Program-made: the position numbers and the translations under genes | Part shown: positions 26,376 to 36,927 of the stretch, in pieces | Numbering within the stretch: the first letter of the stretch is position 1 | Layout: each line of letters begins with the position of its first letter | The notes under the pieces: generated by a model | Told to the model about the DNA's origin: nothing | Database searches by the model: none | What the model saw: the letters and a program-made list of their open reading frames with translations, nothing else | DNA from: a virus | Lineage: Duplodnaviria; Heunggongvirae; Uroviricota; Caudoviricetes | Direction: 5' to 3' (one strand) | Virus record (IMG/VR): IMGVR_UViG_2681813235_000001 | Location: 1 to 41,344 of that record | Length of the DNA stretch: 41,344 bases

Positions 26376-27855
26376 CACCATTCCGTCGAATACGCTGGTT
26401 CCGCTGTTTTATGCGGAAATGGATAACCAGGCGGCGAATACTGCACAGGACAGCGGGGCATCGTTGCTGATTGGTCACGCCAATAACGGTGCAGAGATTG
26501 TTGCCAACAGTCTGGTGCTGATGCCGTCGGCAGACTATGCACGCCAGATTTGTGGTGCGGGAAGTCAGCTGGCGCGTATGGTCGAGGCTTATCGCCAGAC
26601 CGACCCGTTTGGCGAGCTGTATGTGATTGCCGTTCCGGAAGCCACAGGCGCGTCGGCAACGGTTACGCTGACGGTGACCGGAGCAGCAACCGAAACCGGC
26701 ACGGTGAATGTGTATGTGGGACGTACCCGCGTGCAGGCACCGGTGACCAACGGCGATAACGTCACGACGATTGCCAGCAGTATCAAAGATGCCATCAATG
26801 CCGTTCCGGCCCTGCCGTTTACGGCCTCATCTTCGGCAGGCGTGGTCACACTGACCGCGCGTCATAAGGGGCTTTGCGGGAATGAAATTCCTGTCAGCCT
26901 CAATTACTACGGCTTTGGTGGGGGCGAAGTGCTGCCAGCGGGTGTACAGATTGCCGTGGCGACGGGGACCGCCGGAACGGGCGCTCCGGTTCTCACCGGT
27001 GCGGTGGCTGCAATGGCGGATGAGCCGTTTGATTATATCGGTCTGCCGTTCAACGACACGGCCTCCGTTAACACGCTGGTGACCGAGATGAACGATACCA
27101 GCGGTCGCTGGAGCTATGCGCGTCAGCTGTATGGTCATGTGTATACGGCAAAGATCGGCACGCTGTCAGAACTGGTGACCGCAGGTGACCAGTTTAACCA
27201 GCAGCACATCACCCTGGCGGGGTACGAAAAAGAGACCCAGACGCCTGCCGACGAGCTGGCGGCAAGCCGTACCGCCCGCGCAGCGGTGTTTATCCGCAAC
27301 GATCCGGCACGTCCCACGCAGACCGGTGAGCTGGTGGGTATGCTGCCTGCGCCGAAGGGGAAACGGTTCACGATGACCGAGCAGCAGACCCTGCTGTCTC
27401 ATGGCGTGGCAACGGCGTATGTCGAAAGCGGGGTGCTGCGCATTCAGCGTGATGTCACCACGTACAGGAAAAATGCTTACGGGGTTGCGGATAACAGCTA
27501 CCTCGACAGCGAGACGCTGCATACCAGTGCGTATGTACTGCGCAAACTGAAATCCGTCATTACCAGTAAGTACGGGCGTCACAAGCTTGCCTGTGACGGT
27601 ACCCGCTTTGGTCCCGGTCAGGCGATTGTCACCCCGGCGGTGATCAAAGGGGAACTGCTGGCAACCTACCGTCAGCTCGAGCGTGCGGGGATCGTGGAAA
27701 ACTACGAACTGTTCAAGCAGTACCTGGTTGTGGAGCGTGATGCCAGCGATCCGAACCGCCTGAACACGCTGTTCCCGCCTGACTATGTTAACCAGTTGCG
27801 TGTCTTTGCCGTGGTTAACCAGTTCCGTCTTCAGTATTCAGAGGAGTCTGCATAA
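26359..27855 (+). CDS. contractile tail sheath protein
   Basis: 498-aa ORF followed by tube, chaperone and tape-measure genes in Mu/P2-like order. Confidence 0.8.
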   Translation: MTISFNTIPSNTLVPLFYAEMDNQAANTAQDSGASLLIGHANNGAEIVANSLVLMPSADYARQICGAGSQLARMVEAYRQTDPFGELYVIAVPEATGASATVTLTVTGAATETGTVNVYVGRTRVQAPVTNGDNVTTIASSIKDAINAVPALPFTASSSAGVVTLTARHKGLCGNEIPVSLNYYGFGGGEVLPAGVQIAVATGTAGTGAPVLTGAVAAMADEPFDYIGLPFNDTASVNTLVTEMNDTSGRWSYARQLYGHVYTAKIGTLSELVTAGDQFNQQHITLAGYEKETQTPADELAASRTARAAVFIRNDPARPTQTGELVGMLPAPKGKRFTMTEQQTLLSHGVATAYVESGVLRIQRDVTTYRKNAYGVADNSYLDSETLHTSAYVLRKLKSVITSKYGRHKLACDGTRFGPGQAIVTPAVIKGELLATYRQLERAGIVENYELFKQYLVVERDASDPNRLNTLFPPDYVNQLRVFAVVNQFRLQYSEESA

Positions 27856-28211
27856 TGGCCCGTATCGGGGGAACCTGTTATTTCAAAATTGACGGTCAGC
27901 AGCTATCGCTGACCGGCGGCATTGAGGTGCCCATGAACAGGACGGTCAATGATGACATCATCGGCCTGGACGGTTCAGTGGACCGCAAGGAAACTCACCG
28001 TGCGCCTTATGTCAAAGGGACCTTCAAGGTGCCGAAGAATTTTCCGGTGAGCAAAATCACCTCGTCTGATGAGATGACCATCACTGCCGAGCTGGCGAAC
28101 GGTCAGGTCTATGTACTGTCGTCTGCCTGGCTGCACGGCGAAGCGAACCATAATGCCGAAGAAGGCACGGTCGATCTTGAGTTCCACGGTGAAGAAGGGG
28201 ATTACCAGTAA
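27855..28211 (+). CDS. tail tube protein
   Basis: 118-aa ORF immediately after sheath. Confidence 0.75.
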   Translation: MARIGGTCYFKIDGQQLSLTGGIEVPMNRTVNDDIIGLDGSVDRKETHRAPYVKGTFKVPKNFPVSKITSSDEMTITAELANGQVYVLSSAWLHGEANHNAEEGTVDLEFHGEEGDYQ

Positions 28212-28480
28212 TGAAAGAGCTTGAGTTAAAGAAACCGATTACCGCTCATGGCGAGACACTCTCCGTACTGGAGTTTGATGAGCCCACCGGGAAAGATGTC
28301 CGCGAGCTGGGGTATCCCTACCAGATGAATCAGGATGAGTCCGTCAGACTTCTGGCGCATGTGGTATCGAAATATATTGTGCGGCTGGCGAAAGTGCCGC
28401 AAAGCTCTGTCGACCAGATGTCTCCGGCAGACCTGAATGCAGCGGCGTGGCTTGTGGCTGGTTTTTTCCTCCAGGCCTGA
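28211..28480 (+). CDS. tail assembly chaperone (short form)
   Basis: 89-aa ORF between tube and tape measure; followed by overlapping -1 frame ORF. Confidence 0.6.
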   Translation: MKELELKKPITAHGETLSVLEFDEPTGKDVRELGYPYQMNQDESVRLLAHVVSKYIVRLAKVPQSSVDQMSPADLNAAAWLVAGFFLQA

Positions 28481-28629
28481 CGGCTGAATACCTTACTGAT
28501 CGCTTCTTTGATTGCGCCAGCTACTGGCGCATTAATCCCTTCGAATTGCTGAATATGCCGATCAGTGAAATTCCCTTGCTGGTCAGTCAGGCAAACAGGA
28601 TAGAGCAGGAGAAACGCACACATGGCTGA
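28447..28629 (+). CDS. -1 frame extension of tail assembly chaperone (programmed frameshift product)
   Basis: Slippery heptamer T_TTT_TTC at 28462-28468 in the zero frame of 28211-28480; -1 frame stays open to 28629, overlapping the tape-measure start. Confidence 0.5.
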   Translation: MACGWFFPPGLTAEYLTDRFFDCASYWRINPFELLNMPISEIPLLVSQANRIEQEKRTHG

Positions 28630-30454
28630 ATTTGAGCTTAAGGCGTTGATCACCGGTGTCGACAGGCTTTCTCCCGCGCTGTCGAAAATGCAAAAGAAAA
28701 TCCGGGGATTTAAACGCCAGGCGGAAGAAGCGTCACAGGGTGGGCTGGCGCTTGGTGGCGGACTGGCAGCGGGTCTGACGCTTTCCCTGAAATCTTATGC
28801 CGATCAGGAAAACGCCGCCACCGGGCTGAAAGTCGCCATGATGGATGCGAATGGCGAGGTTGGAAAGAGCTTTCAGGACATCAATAAACTGGCTATTGGC
28901 CTGGGTAACCAGCTACCCGGTACAACGGCTGATTTCCAGAACATGATGCAGATGCTGGTGCGTCAGGGGATCCCGGCAGAAAACATTCTTGGCGGTGTGG
29001 GTAAAGCGACAGCTTATCTTGCGGTACAACTGAAAAAAACACCGGAAGCGGCTGCTGAGTTTGCTGCAAAGATGCAGGATGCTACCGGAACGGCGTCAGA
29101 AGACATGATGGGGCTGTTCGACACTATCCAGAAGGCGTTTTATCTGGGCGTTGACGATACCAACATGTTGTCCTTCTTCACTAAAACCAGTTCTGTTCTG
29201 AAGATGGTGAACAAGGACGGTCTTCAGGCTGCACAGAGCCTTGCCCCCATCAGCGTCATGATGGATCAGATGGGGATGAACGGGGAGTCGGCAGGTAATG
29301 CCCTGCGAAAAGTTATCCAGTCCGGATTAAGCGTTAAGAAAATCAGGGACGTCAATAAAATCATGGCCCGCCAGAAACTCGGGGTACAGCTCGATTTTAC
29401 TGACGGCAAAGGAAGTTTTGGCGGTCTTGATAACATGTTCAGGCAACTGGCAAAGCTGCGAAAACTGACCGACGTTAAGCGAACAGGTGTACTTAAGGCA
29501 ATATTTGGTGATGATGCCGAAACCCTTCAGGTGGTCAATGCACTAATCGATAAAGGAAAGGATGGCTACGATCAGATCCAGCAGAAGATGAATAAACAGG
29601 CCAGCCTGAATAAACGTGTTCAGGCCCAGCTTGGTACGCTGTCCAACCTGTGGGAGGCAATGACGGGGACCGCAACTAACGGCCTTGCGGCTATTGGCGG
29701 CGCATTTTCTGGTGACGCCAAAAATATCACGCAATGGCTGGGGGAGTTGGGGGAGAAATTCACGAAGTTTGCGGATGAAAATCCCCGGGTTATTCGCGGC
29801 GTCGTCGGGCTTGCTGCCGGTCTTGCGATTCTGAAACTGGGATTGATGGGCGTGGGCAGTGCCATCAGTATCGTCAGCAGGATCATGTCGATGACGCCGA
29901 TTGGCATGATTGCGACGGCGATTGCCCTGGCTGCGGGATTAATTATCACTAACTGGGATGTTGTCGGACCTTATTTTAAGAAACTCTGGGAAACCATTAG
30001 TCCTTATTTTGAGGCTGGCTGGGAACTTCTGAAGAAGGTTTTTGCCTGGTCGCCGCTGGGGATGGTGATCAATAACTGGGGACCGGTTGTTAAGTGGTTT
30101 CAGGATATGTGGGATAAGCTGAAGCCGATTATTGAATGGTTTACCGACAGTTCCGGTGACACGGTCGATGCCATTAACTCGGCGCAGTGGGGCGCGGGTG
30201 CTTATGATGCTTATGGGACGGGAATACCGGCACGGGGATACACTCCTTATCCGGCGGTGGATCCGGCTCAGGCAAACAACGCCTCCGATGCCACAGGCTC
30301 GAATCCCTTCATGATTAATAAAGCTACCGCGCCAAAAGTTGATGGTGAGATCAAGGTATCATTTATAAATATGCCACCAGATATGCGGGTTACGGAAACA
30401 CGCTCCAGTGGCATTGATATAAATCACGATGTTGGCTATACCCGATTTTGGTAG
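28622..30454 (+). CDS. tail tape measure protein
   Basis: 610 aa, Ala/Gly/Lys-rich with hydrophobic central segment; canonical position. Confidence 0.85.
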   Translation: MAEFELKALITGVDRLSPALSKMQKKIRGFKRQAEEASQGGLALGGGLAAGLTLSLKSYADQENAATGLKVAMMDANGEVGKSFQDINKLAIGLGNQLPGTTADFQNMMQMLVRQGIPAENILGGVGKATAYLAVQLKKTPEAAAEFAAKMQDATGTASEDMMGLFDTIQKAFYLGVDDTNMLSFFTKTSSVLKMVNKDGLQAAQSLAPISVMMDQMGMNGESAGNALRKVIQSGLSVKKIRDVNKIMARQKLGVQLDFTDGKGSFGGLDNMFRQLAKLRKLTDVKRTGVLKAIFGDDAETLQVVNALIDKGKDGYDQIQQKMNKQASLNKRVQAQLGTLSNLWEAMTGTATNGLAAIGGAFSGDAKNITQWLGELGEKFTKFADENPRVIRGVVGLAAGLAILKLGLMGVGSAISIVSRIMSMTPIGMIATAIALAAGLIITNWDVVGPYFKKLWETISPYFEAGWELLKKVFAWSPLGMVINNWGPVVKWFQDMWDKLKPIIEWFTDSSGDTVDAINSAQWGAGAYDAYGTGIPARGYTPYPAVDPAQANNASDATGSNPFMINKATAPKVDGEIKVSFINMPPDMRVTETRSSGIDINHDVGYTRFW

Positions 30455-30545
30455 CCAGGATTCCCCTCACAGGTATTGCTGGTTGTAAGTCATAAATAGA
30501 GTGATAGAATTAATGCACATTTAGAAAAATGTTAATAGGCGAAAA

Positions 30546-31076
30546 ATGAAAGGCTATATCACAGCAAGTGTAATTCTTGGAGCAGCGGCTATTTTTTCAT
30601 CTCTCATAATCTCTGGCAACATCTCCTTTAAAGATGAACATATTATTCAGTTATCTGGAGGAGCCATAAAACTTGGTGATGTTTATAAAGAAAATAAATT
30701 GATAAGTGCAAAGATTATTTTTCCAGATAATCAGGGTGAACAGATTCTTGTTGTCGACGGCAATCCTGAAAACTTTAAGGAGGATTTTCAGGAGAAATTA
30801 AATAAAGTAATAAAAACTTTAAATGCGTCAAAGAAAAAAGATGAAGAGAAAGTTAGCCTGGATAATTTAAGTGTTATTGAAGAGTCTAAACTAGAGCTCG
30901 TTTCTGCGGTGCGTTACTCTGCTCAGTATGTTCCTATGTTTACTCTGACGCTGGACAAAAAAGAAATTACCATGCCTAAAAATACGGTAATATTTCCATT
31001 TGCCAGCGATGAAACAGCTAAGTATTTAAATGAACAACAGCAAAAGTATAAAGATTCGTTGTTTCTGACTCGCTAA
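30546..31076 (+). CDS. hypothetical exported/membrane-anchored protein (AT-rich cargo within tail cluster)
   Basis: 176 aa; N-terminal hydrophobic signal/anchor (ASVILGAAAIFSSLIISG); visibly AT-rich; own terminator follows. Confidence 0.45.
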   Translation: MKGYITASVILGAAAIFSSLIISGNISFKDEHIIQLSGGAIKLGDVYKENKLISAKIIFPDNQGEQILVVDGNPENFKEDFQEKLNKVIKTLNASKKKDEEKVSLDNLSVIEESKLELVSAVRYSAQYVPMFTLTLDKKEITMPKNTVIFPFASDETAKYLNEQQQKYKDSLFLTR

Positions 31077-31095
31077 TTAATAAAATTCATTACAA

Positions 31096-31126
31096 GGCCA
31101 CCTTCTAATAGGTGGCTTTTTTATTT
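31096..31126 (+). terminator. Rho-independent terminator
   Basis: GCCACC-TTCTAATA-GGTGGC followed by TTTTTTATTTT. Confidence 0.6.
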
Positions 31127-31137
31127 TCGGAGTGTAT

Positions 31138-32466
31138 ATGACGTGGAAAGACAGGCTTCAGGATGCGTCATTTCGAGGTGTGCCGTTTAAGGTTGAAGAA
31201 GAAAGTGCGGGAACCGGCCGTCGTGTGGAAACACACGAATATCCGAACCGCGACAAACCCTATACCGAAGATCTGGGAAAAGTCACTTTCCGCCCGTCCA
31301 TCACAGCTTATGTGGTGGGAGATGACTGCTTTGACCAGCGCGATCGCCTGATTGAAGCGCTGAATAAACCCGGTCCCGGCACGCTTGTCCACCCGACATA
31401 TGGTGAGCTGAAAGTCTGTGTTGACGGGGAAGTTCGGGTCAGCACATCGAAAAGTGAAGGGCGTATTGTCCGCTTTGACCTGAAGTTTGTCGAAGCGGGA
31501 GAACTCTCTTACCCCACATCAGGTGCGGCGACGGCGCAGACGCTGATGTCATCCTGTTCTGCACTGGATGACTGCATCAGTGACAGTTTCAGTGGTTTCA
31601 GTATCGATGGTGTGGCGGATTTCGTGCAGAACGACGTTATCGGTAATGCCAGCATAATACTGGGGTATGTTTCTGATGCGATGAAAGTGGTGGATTCTGC
31701 CGTATCGGATGCCGCCAGGCTGTTGCAGGGGGATATCTCGGTACTTCTGCCGCCGCCATCGTCAGGCAAAAATTTCGTTGAGCAGGTGCAGAAAATGTGG
31801 CGTACCGGGAAACGCCTTTATGGTAACGCCAGCGACCTGGTCACCATGATCAAAACGCTTTCCGGTGTCAGCCTCGGCAGCGATCTGCAACCGCGCGGCG
31901 TCTGGAAAACGGACAGTAAAACCACCGCCACGGCGACGCAGCAGCGTAACGTGGTTGCCAGCACCCTTCGTACGACCGCAATCAGCGAAGCGGCGTATGC
32001 CGTCACCCGATTGCCTGCGCCAACAACTTCCGCGGTGATGCAGAATTCCGCAGTGGGGCAGGCAACAACACCCGCGCAGAGCACTGGCTGGCCTTCCGTC
32101 ACGCATCCGGCACTGAACAATGCACCGGCGGTGAAAAACACGGTTGACCTGCCGACGTGGGAAGAACTGACTGACATTCGCGACACACTGAATACGGCAA
32201 TTGATAAGGAGTTGTCCCGTACAACCAGCGATGCGCTGTTTCTGGCGCTGCGCCGGGTGAAAGCAGATCTGAATGCGGATATCAACACGCGCCTTGAACA
32301 GTCTGCACGGATCATTCAGCGCACACCGGATGAGGTTTTACCCGCGCTGGTGCTGGCAGCGACCTGGTTTGATAACGCGGCGCGTGACGCGGACATTATC
32401 CGGCGTAATGCCATTACGCATCCCGGCTTTGTGCCGGTGATCCCTCTGAAGGTGCCAGTGCAATGA
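31138..32466 (+). CDS. DNA circularisation protein (Mu N-like)
   Basis: ATG 31138 with GGAG upstream (ORF 31132 begins with GTG); N-terminal MTWKDRLQDASFRGVPF...THEYPNRD fits the Mu gpN-type N-terminal domain from memory. Confidence 0.7.
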   Translation: MTWKDRLQDASFRGVPFKVEEESAGTGRRVETHEYPNRDKPYTEDLGKVTFRPSITAYVVGDDCFDQRDRLIEALNKPGPGTLVHPTYGELKVCVDGEVRVSTSKSEGRIVRFDLKFVEAGELSYPTSGAATAQTLMSSCSALDDCISDSFSGFSIDGVADFVQNDVIGNASIILGYVSDAMKVVDSAVSDAARLLQGDISVLLPPPSSGKNFVEQVQKMWRTGKRLYGNASDLVTMIKTLSGVSLGSDLQPRGVWKTDSKTTATATQQRNVVASTLRTTAISEAAYAVTRLPAPTTSAVMQNSAVGQATTPAQSTGWPSVTHPALNNAPAVKNTVDLPTWEELTDIRDTLNTAIDKELSRTTSDALFLALRRVKADLNADINTRLEQSARIIQRTPDEVLPALVLAATWFDNAARDADIIRRNAITHPGFVPVIPLKVPVQ

Positions 32467-33542
32467 ACGACAATGTCACGCTACGGGTAAATGGCCGGGA
32501 GTGGAATGGCTGGACATCGGTGCGCATCGGTGCCGGTATTGAACGGCTGGCGCGGGATTTCAGTGTGGAGATCACCCGCCAGTGGCCGGGAGATGAGGGT
32601 ATTACCACGCTTCAGCCGCGCATTAAAAACGGTTCAAAAGTGGAGGTGCTGATTGGTGATGAGCGGGTGATCACCGGCTGGGTGGAGGCGACGCCCGTTC
32701 GTTACGATGCCCGTTCGGTCAGCACCGGTATTGCCGGACGCAGTCTGACCGCTGACCTGATTGACTGTGCAGCCGAACCGACACAGTTTAACGGACGATC
32801 GCTGGTACAGATTGCGCAGGCGCTTGCTGCGCCTTTCGGCATTGAGGTGGTGAACAACGGTGCGCCGTCGGGTGTTATTCCTGATGTCCAGCCTGATCAC
32901 GGTGAAACGGTGATTGAGGTAATCAACAAAATACTCGGTCAGCAGCAGGCACTGGCTTACGACGACCCGCACGGCAGGCTGGTGATTGGCGGTATTGGCT
33001 CAACGCGGGCACATACTGCGCTGGTACTCGGGGAAAACATCCTTTCCTGCGATACGGAGAAGAGTATCCGGGAGCGGTTTTCTGTTTACCAGGTGGCGGG
33101 GCAGCGTGCCGGAAACGACGATGATTTCGGTGAGGCCACCACCACCGCGCTGCGGGCCCGCACAGAGGACGCATTTATTGCCCGTTACCGTCCGATGCAT
33201 ATCAGGCAGACAGGGCAGGCTACGGGGGCAGGCTGTATTGCCCGTGCGGACTTTGAAGCCCGACAACGGGCGGCGCGGACGGATGAAACCACCTATGTGG
33301 TGCAGGGCTGGCGACAGGGTAACGGTACGCTGTGGCAGCCCAACCAGCGGGTGATTGTCTTTGATCCGGTCTGTGGTTTCGACAATACCGAACTGCTTGT
33401 TTCGGAAGTCACGTTTACTCAGGACCAGAACGGCACCCTGACGGAAATCCGTGTCGGCCCACCTGATGCTTATCTGCCTGAACCCGAAGTCCCCGGCGCG
33501 CGGAAAAAGAAAAAAGCCAGAGTACAGGAGGACCCGTTCTGA
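32463..33542 (+). CDS. Mu P-like baseplate/tail protein
   Basis: 359 aa; position and overlapping start consistent with Mu gpP homologues. Confidence 0.7.
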   Translation: MNDNVTLRVNGREWNGWTSVRIGAGIERLARDFSVEITRQWPGDEGITTLQPRIKNGSKVEVLIGDERVITGWVEATPVRYDARSVSTGIAGRSLTADLIDCAAEPTQFNGRSLVQIAQALAAPFGIEVVNNGAPSGVIPDVQPDHGETVIEVINKILGQQQALAYDDPHGRLVIGGIGSTRAHTALVLGENILSCDTEKSIRERFSVYQVAGQRAGNDDDFGEATTTALRARTEDAFIARYRPMHIRQTGQATGAGCIARADFEARQRAARTDETTYVVQGWRQGNGTLWQPNQRVIVFDPVCGFDNTELLVSEVTFTQDQNGTLTEIRVGPPDAYLPEPEVPGARKKKKARVQEDPF

Positions 33543-34090
33543 TGAGGACGATTGAAGCCATGCAGCGACAACTCCTCGGCCTGATTGGGCGGGCCGTGGT
33601 GAAAAGCATCAGTGCCGCCACGAAATGTCAGACCGTGGATGTGTCCCTGATTGCCGGTGAACCCAAAGCAGGGGTTGAACATCTTGAACCCTACGGTTTT
33701 ACCTCAAGGGCAAACAGCGGTGCGGAAGCGGTGGTGTTGTTTCCGGATGGCGACCGTTCTCATGCGGTGGTTGTTACGGTGTCGGACCGGCGCTACCGCC
33801 TGAAAGGGCTGCAGACGGGTGAGGTGGCTGTCTATGACGATCAGGGGCAGTCCGTGACGCTGACCCGGGAGGGGATCGTGGTGGACGGTGCAGGTAAAAC
33901 GATCACGTTTCGCAATTCACCTAAAGCACGTTTTGAAATGGACCTGGAAGTGACAGGACAGGTGAAAGACCTGTGCGACTCCGGCGGCACCACCATGTCA
34001 GCGATGCGGCTTGCCTATAACGGGCATCGTCACAGAGAGAACGGTCAGGGCAGTAACACCGACAAACCTGATAAAGCGATGGAGGCATGA
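33542..34090 (+). CDS. baseplate assembly protein V-like (spike)
   Basis: 182 aa; position after P-like gene. Confidence 0.65.
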   Translation: MRTIEAMQRQLLGLIGRAVVKSISAATKCQTVDVSLIAGEPKAGVEHLEPYGFTSRANSGAEAVVLFPDGDRSHAVVVTVSDRRYRLKGLQTGEVAVYDDQGQSVTLTREGIVVDGAGKTITFRNSPKARFEMDLEVTGQVKDLCDSGGTTMSAMRLAYNGHRHRENGQGSNTDKPDKAMEA

Positions 34091-34515
34091 TGGAACTGTG
34101 GCTGACGGTGAACGGTAAACGCACCTGCGCCAGCGCACCGCTGGATCCGCTGACCCGCGCTGTGGTGATTTCCCTGTTTACCTGGCGGCGGGCGGAGCCT
34201 GATGACAACGCCGACGTCCCGATGGGATGGTGGGGGGATACCTGGCCTGCGGTACAGAATGACCGTTACGGCTCCCGACTGTGGCTGCTTCAGCGCAGCA
34301 AACTGACCAATCAGCTGGTGCAGACGGTAAGGGGGTATATCCGCGAATGCCTGCAATGGATGATTGATGACGGCGTGGTGTCCCGTATTGATCTGGATAT
34401 CCGCCGCACCGGGATTAATGAACTGGGTAACAGTATCACTCTCTGGCGTCGTGACGGACCGGTAATGATTTCTTTTGATGATCTGTGGAGTGCGATAACG
34501 CATGGCGGACAGTGA
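34087..34515 (+). CDS. gp46/W-like baseplate protein
   Basis: 142 aa; canonical position. Confidence 0.6.
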   Translation: MMELWLTVNGKRTCASAPLDPLTRAVVISLFTWRRAEPDDNADVPMGWWGDTWPAVQNDRYGSRLWLLQRSKLTNQLVQTVRGYIRECLQWMIDDGVVSRIDLDIRRTGINELGNSITLWRRDGPVMISFDDLWSAITHGGQ

Positions 34516-35560
34516 ATTTCAGCGCCCGACGCTGGCAGAAAACATCAGTATGCTCCGTAACGATTTATTCGCCAGGCTGGACGTCAGCGACACGCTCCGG
34601 CGCATGGATGAAGACGTGCGGGCAAAGGTGTATGCGGCGGCGCTGCATACGGTTTACGGGTACATCGATTATCTGGCAATGAATATGCTGCCTGACCTGT
34701 GCGATGAGTCCTGGCTGGCGCGACATGCTGCGATGAAACGGTGTCCGCGCAAGGGGGCCACGGCTGCCAGCGGGTATATGTGCTGGGAAGGTGTCAGCGA
34801 TGGCCTGAAGGTGACTGCCGGGAGCGTGATTCAGCGCGATGACCTGGTTCAGTACACGGCAACTGCCGATGCAACCAGCTCCGGTGGTGTCCTACGTGTG
34901 CCGATCACTTGCTCAACTACAGGCGCGGTCGGTAACGCTGACGACGGTACGTCATTAATCCTGGTCACGCCGGTGAATGGTCTGCCGTCTTCCGGTGTTG
35001 CAGATACCCTGACTGGCGGATTCGATACTGAAGATCTGGAAACGTGGCGCGCCCGCGTCATTGAGCGGTATTACTGGACGCCGCAGGGCGGGGCTGACGG
35101 GGACTATGTCGTCTGGGCTAAAGAAGTGCCCGGCATTACCCGCGCATGGACATACCGTCACTGGATGGGAACGGGAACTGTCGGTGTGATGATTGCCAGC
35201 AGTGACCTGATTAATCCCATTCCGGAAGAATCAACGGAAACGGCGGCAAGACAACATATCGAGCCACTGGCCCCGGTGGCAGGCTCTGATTTGTATGTGT
35301 TCAGGCCGGTGGCACATACGGTGGATTTTCATATCCGCGTGACGCCGGACACACCGGAAATACGGGCTGCCATCACCGCGGAGTTGCGTTCGTTCCTGCT
35401 GCGTGATGGTTATCCGCAGGGAGAACTGAAGGTATCGCGTATCAGTGAGGCGATTTCCGGTGCGAACGGGGAATACAGCCATCAGTTGCTTGCACCGGCA
35501 GACAATATCTCCATTGCAAAAAATGAACTGGCGGTTCTGGGGACGATTTCATGGACGTGA
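34502..35560 (+). CDS. baseplate J-like protein
   Basis: 352 aa; canonical position and size. Confidence 0.7.
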   Translation: MADSEFQRPTLAENISMLRNDLFARLDVSDTLRRMDEDVRAKVYAAALHTVYGYIDYLAMNMLPDLCDESWLARHAAMKRCPRKGATAASGYMCWEGVSDGLKVTAGSVIQRDDLVQYTATADATSSGGVLRVPITCSTTGAVGNADDGTSLILVTPVNGLPSSGVADTLTGGFDTEDLETWRARVIERYYWTPQGGADGDYVVWAKEVPGITRAWTYRHWMGTGTVGVMIASSDLINPIPEESTETAARQHIEPLAPVAGSDLYVFRPVAHTVDFHIRVTPDTPEIRAAITAELRSFLLRDGYPQGELKVSRISEAISGANGEYSHQLLAPADNISIAKNELAVLGTISWT

Positions 35561-36135
35561 CAAACGATGATTACATCCGTCTGTTGTCGGCACTGTTGCC
35601 CCCCGGTCCGGCGTGGTCAGCCAGTGATCCGGCGATTGCCGGTGCGGCACCGTCATTAACCCGTGTTCATCAGCGTGCGGATGCCCTGATGCGGGAGCTG
35701 GATCCGCGCACCACCACTGAACTGATAAACCGCTGGGAGCGTCTGTGCGGTCTGCCGGATGAATGTATTCCCGCAGGGACACAGACCCTTCGTCAGCGTC
35801 AGCAACGGCTGGATGCGAAGGTTAACCTGGCGGGCAGCATCAACGAGAATTTTTATCTTGCACAGCTTGCTGCCCTGGGCAGACCAGATGCCAACATCAC
35901 GCGATACGACAAAAGCACGTTCACCTGCTCATCGGTCTGTACTGACGCGGTGAATGCGCCGGAATGGCGGTATTACTGGCAGGTCAACATGCCAGCTGCC
36001 ACCAACACCACCTGGATGACATGTGGCGATCCCTGTGATTCCGCACTGCGTATCTGGGGCGACACCGTTGTCGAGTGTGTGCTTAACAAACTCTGCCCGT
36101 CGCATACCTACGTAATTTTTAAATATCCGGAGTAA
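35551..36135 (+). CDS. gp48-like tail protein (DUF2313/YmfQ-like)
   Basis: 194 aa; Cys-containing C-terminus; position between J-like gene and tail fibre. Confidence 0.55.
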   Translation: MDVTNDDYIRLLSALLPPGPAWSASDPAIAGAAPSLTRVHQRADALMRELDPRTTTELINRWERLCGLPDECIPAGTQTLRQRQQRLDAKVNLAGSINENFYLAQLAALGRPDANITRYDKSTFTCSSVCTDAVNAPEWRYYWQVNMPAATNTTWMTCGDPCDSALRIWGDTVVECVLNKLCPSHTYVIFKYPE

Positions 36136-36138
36136 TTC

Positions 36139-36927
36139 ATGCATCGTATAGACACGAAAACCGCGCAGAAGGATAAGTTCGGCGCGGGTAAGAACGGTTT
36201 TACCCGTGGTAACCCCCAGACCGGCACACCTGCCACCGATCTGGATGATGACTACTTTGACATGTTGCAGGAAGAACTTTGTAGCGTGGTAGAGGCCTCC
36301 GGTGCCAGCCTGGAGAAAGGGCGGCATGACCAGCTGCTTACCGCACTTCGTGCGCTGCTGTTAAGCCGCAAGAATCCGTTTGGCGATATCAAATCGGATG
36401 GCACTGTGCAAACGGCTCTCGAAAACCTTGGTTTGGGAGAAGGCTCTGCATTACCTGTTGGTGTCCCTGTTCCGTGGCCTTCAGCCACTCCGCCAACAGG
36501 CTGGCTGAAATGCAATGGTGCAGCTTTTTCTGCTGAAGAATACCCGGAACTGGCAAAAGTTTACCCGACAAATAAATTGCCTGATTTACGTGGTGAGTTT
36601 ATTCGTGGCTGGGATGACGGGCGGGGGATTGATACAGGTCGCTCTATTTTAAGTATTCAGGGATATGCAACGGAGGATCATGCTCATGGATTACCGTCAA
36701 GATCCACGATTGTGACTGATGCAACTATTAATTTCTATTTTGATGAAAGCTGGGTAAATAGTGGCACTGATATTATCAAAAGAGGAAACACAAACGATGC
36801 CGGATTACCAGCACCGGATTATGGAACCTTTAAAACATATAAACAATCAGTGGCTGGTTTAGGTGCCGCAGCCTCAGAAACGCGTCCGCGTAATATTGCA
36901 TTTAACTATATCGTGAGGGCAGCCTGA
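36139..36927 (+). CDS. tail fibre protein with tail-collar domain
   Basis: C-terminal region ([31 protein letters not shown]...[17 protein letters not shown]) fits the phage tail-collar motif from memory. Confidence 0.7.
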   Translation: MHRIDTKTAQKDKFGAGKNGFTRGNPQTGTPATDLDDDYFDMLQEELCSVVEASGASLEKGRHDQLLTALRALLLSRKNPFGDIKSDGTVQTALENLGLGEGSALPVGVPVPWPSATPPTGWLKCNGAAFSAEEYPELAKVYPTNKLPDLRGEFIRGWDDGRGIDTGRSILSIQGYATEDHAHGLPSRSTIVTDATINFYFDESWVNSGTDIIKRGNTNDAGLPAPDYGTFKTYKQSVAGLGAAASETRPRNIAFNYIVRAA

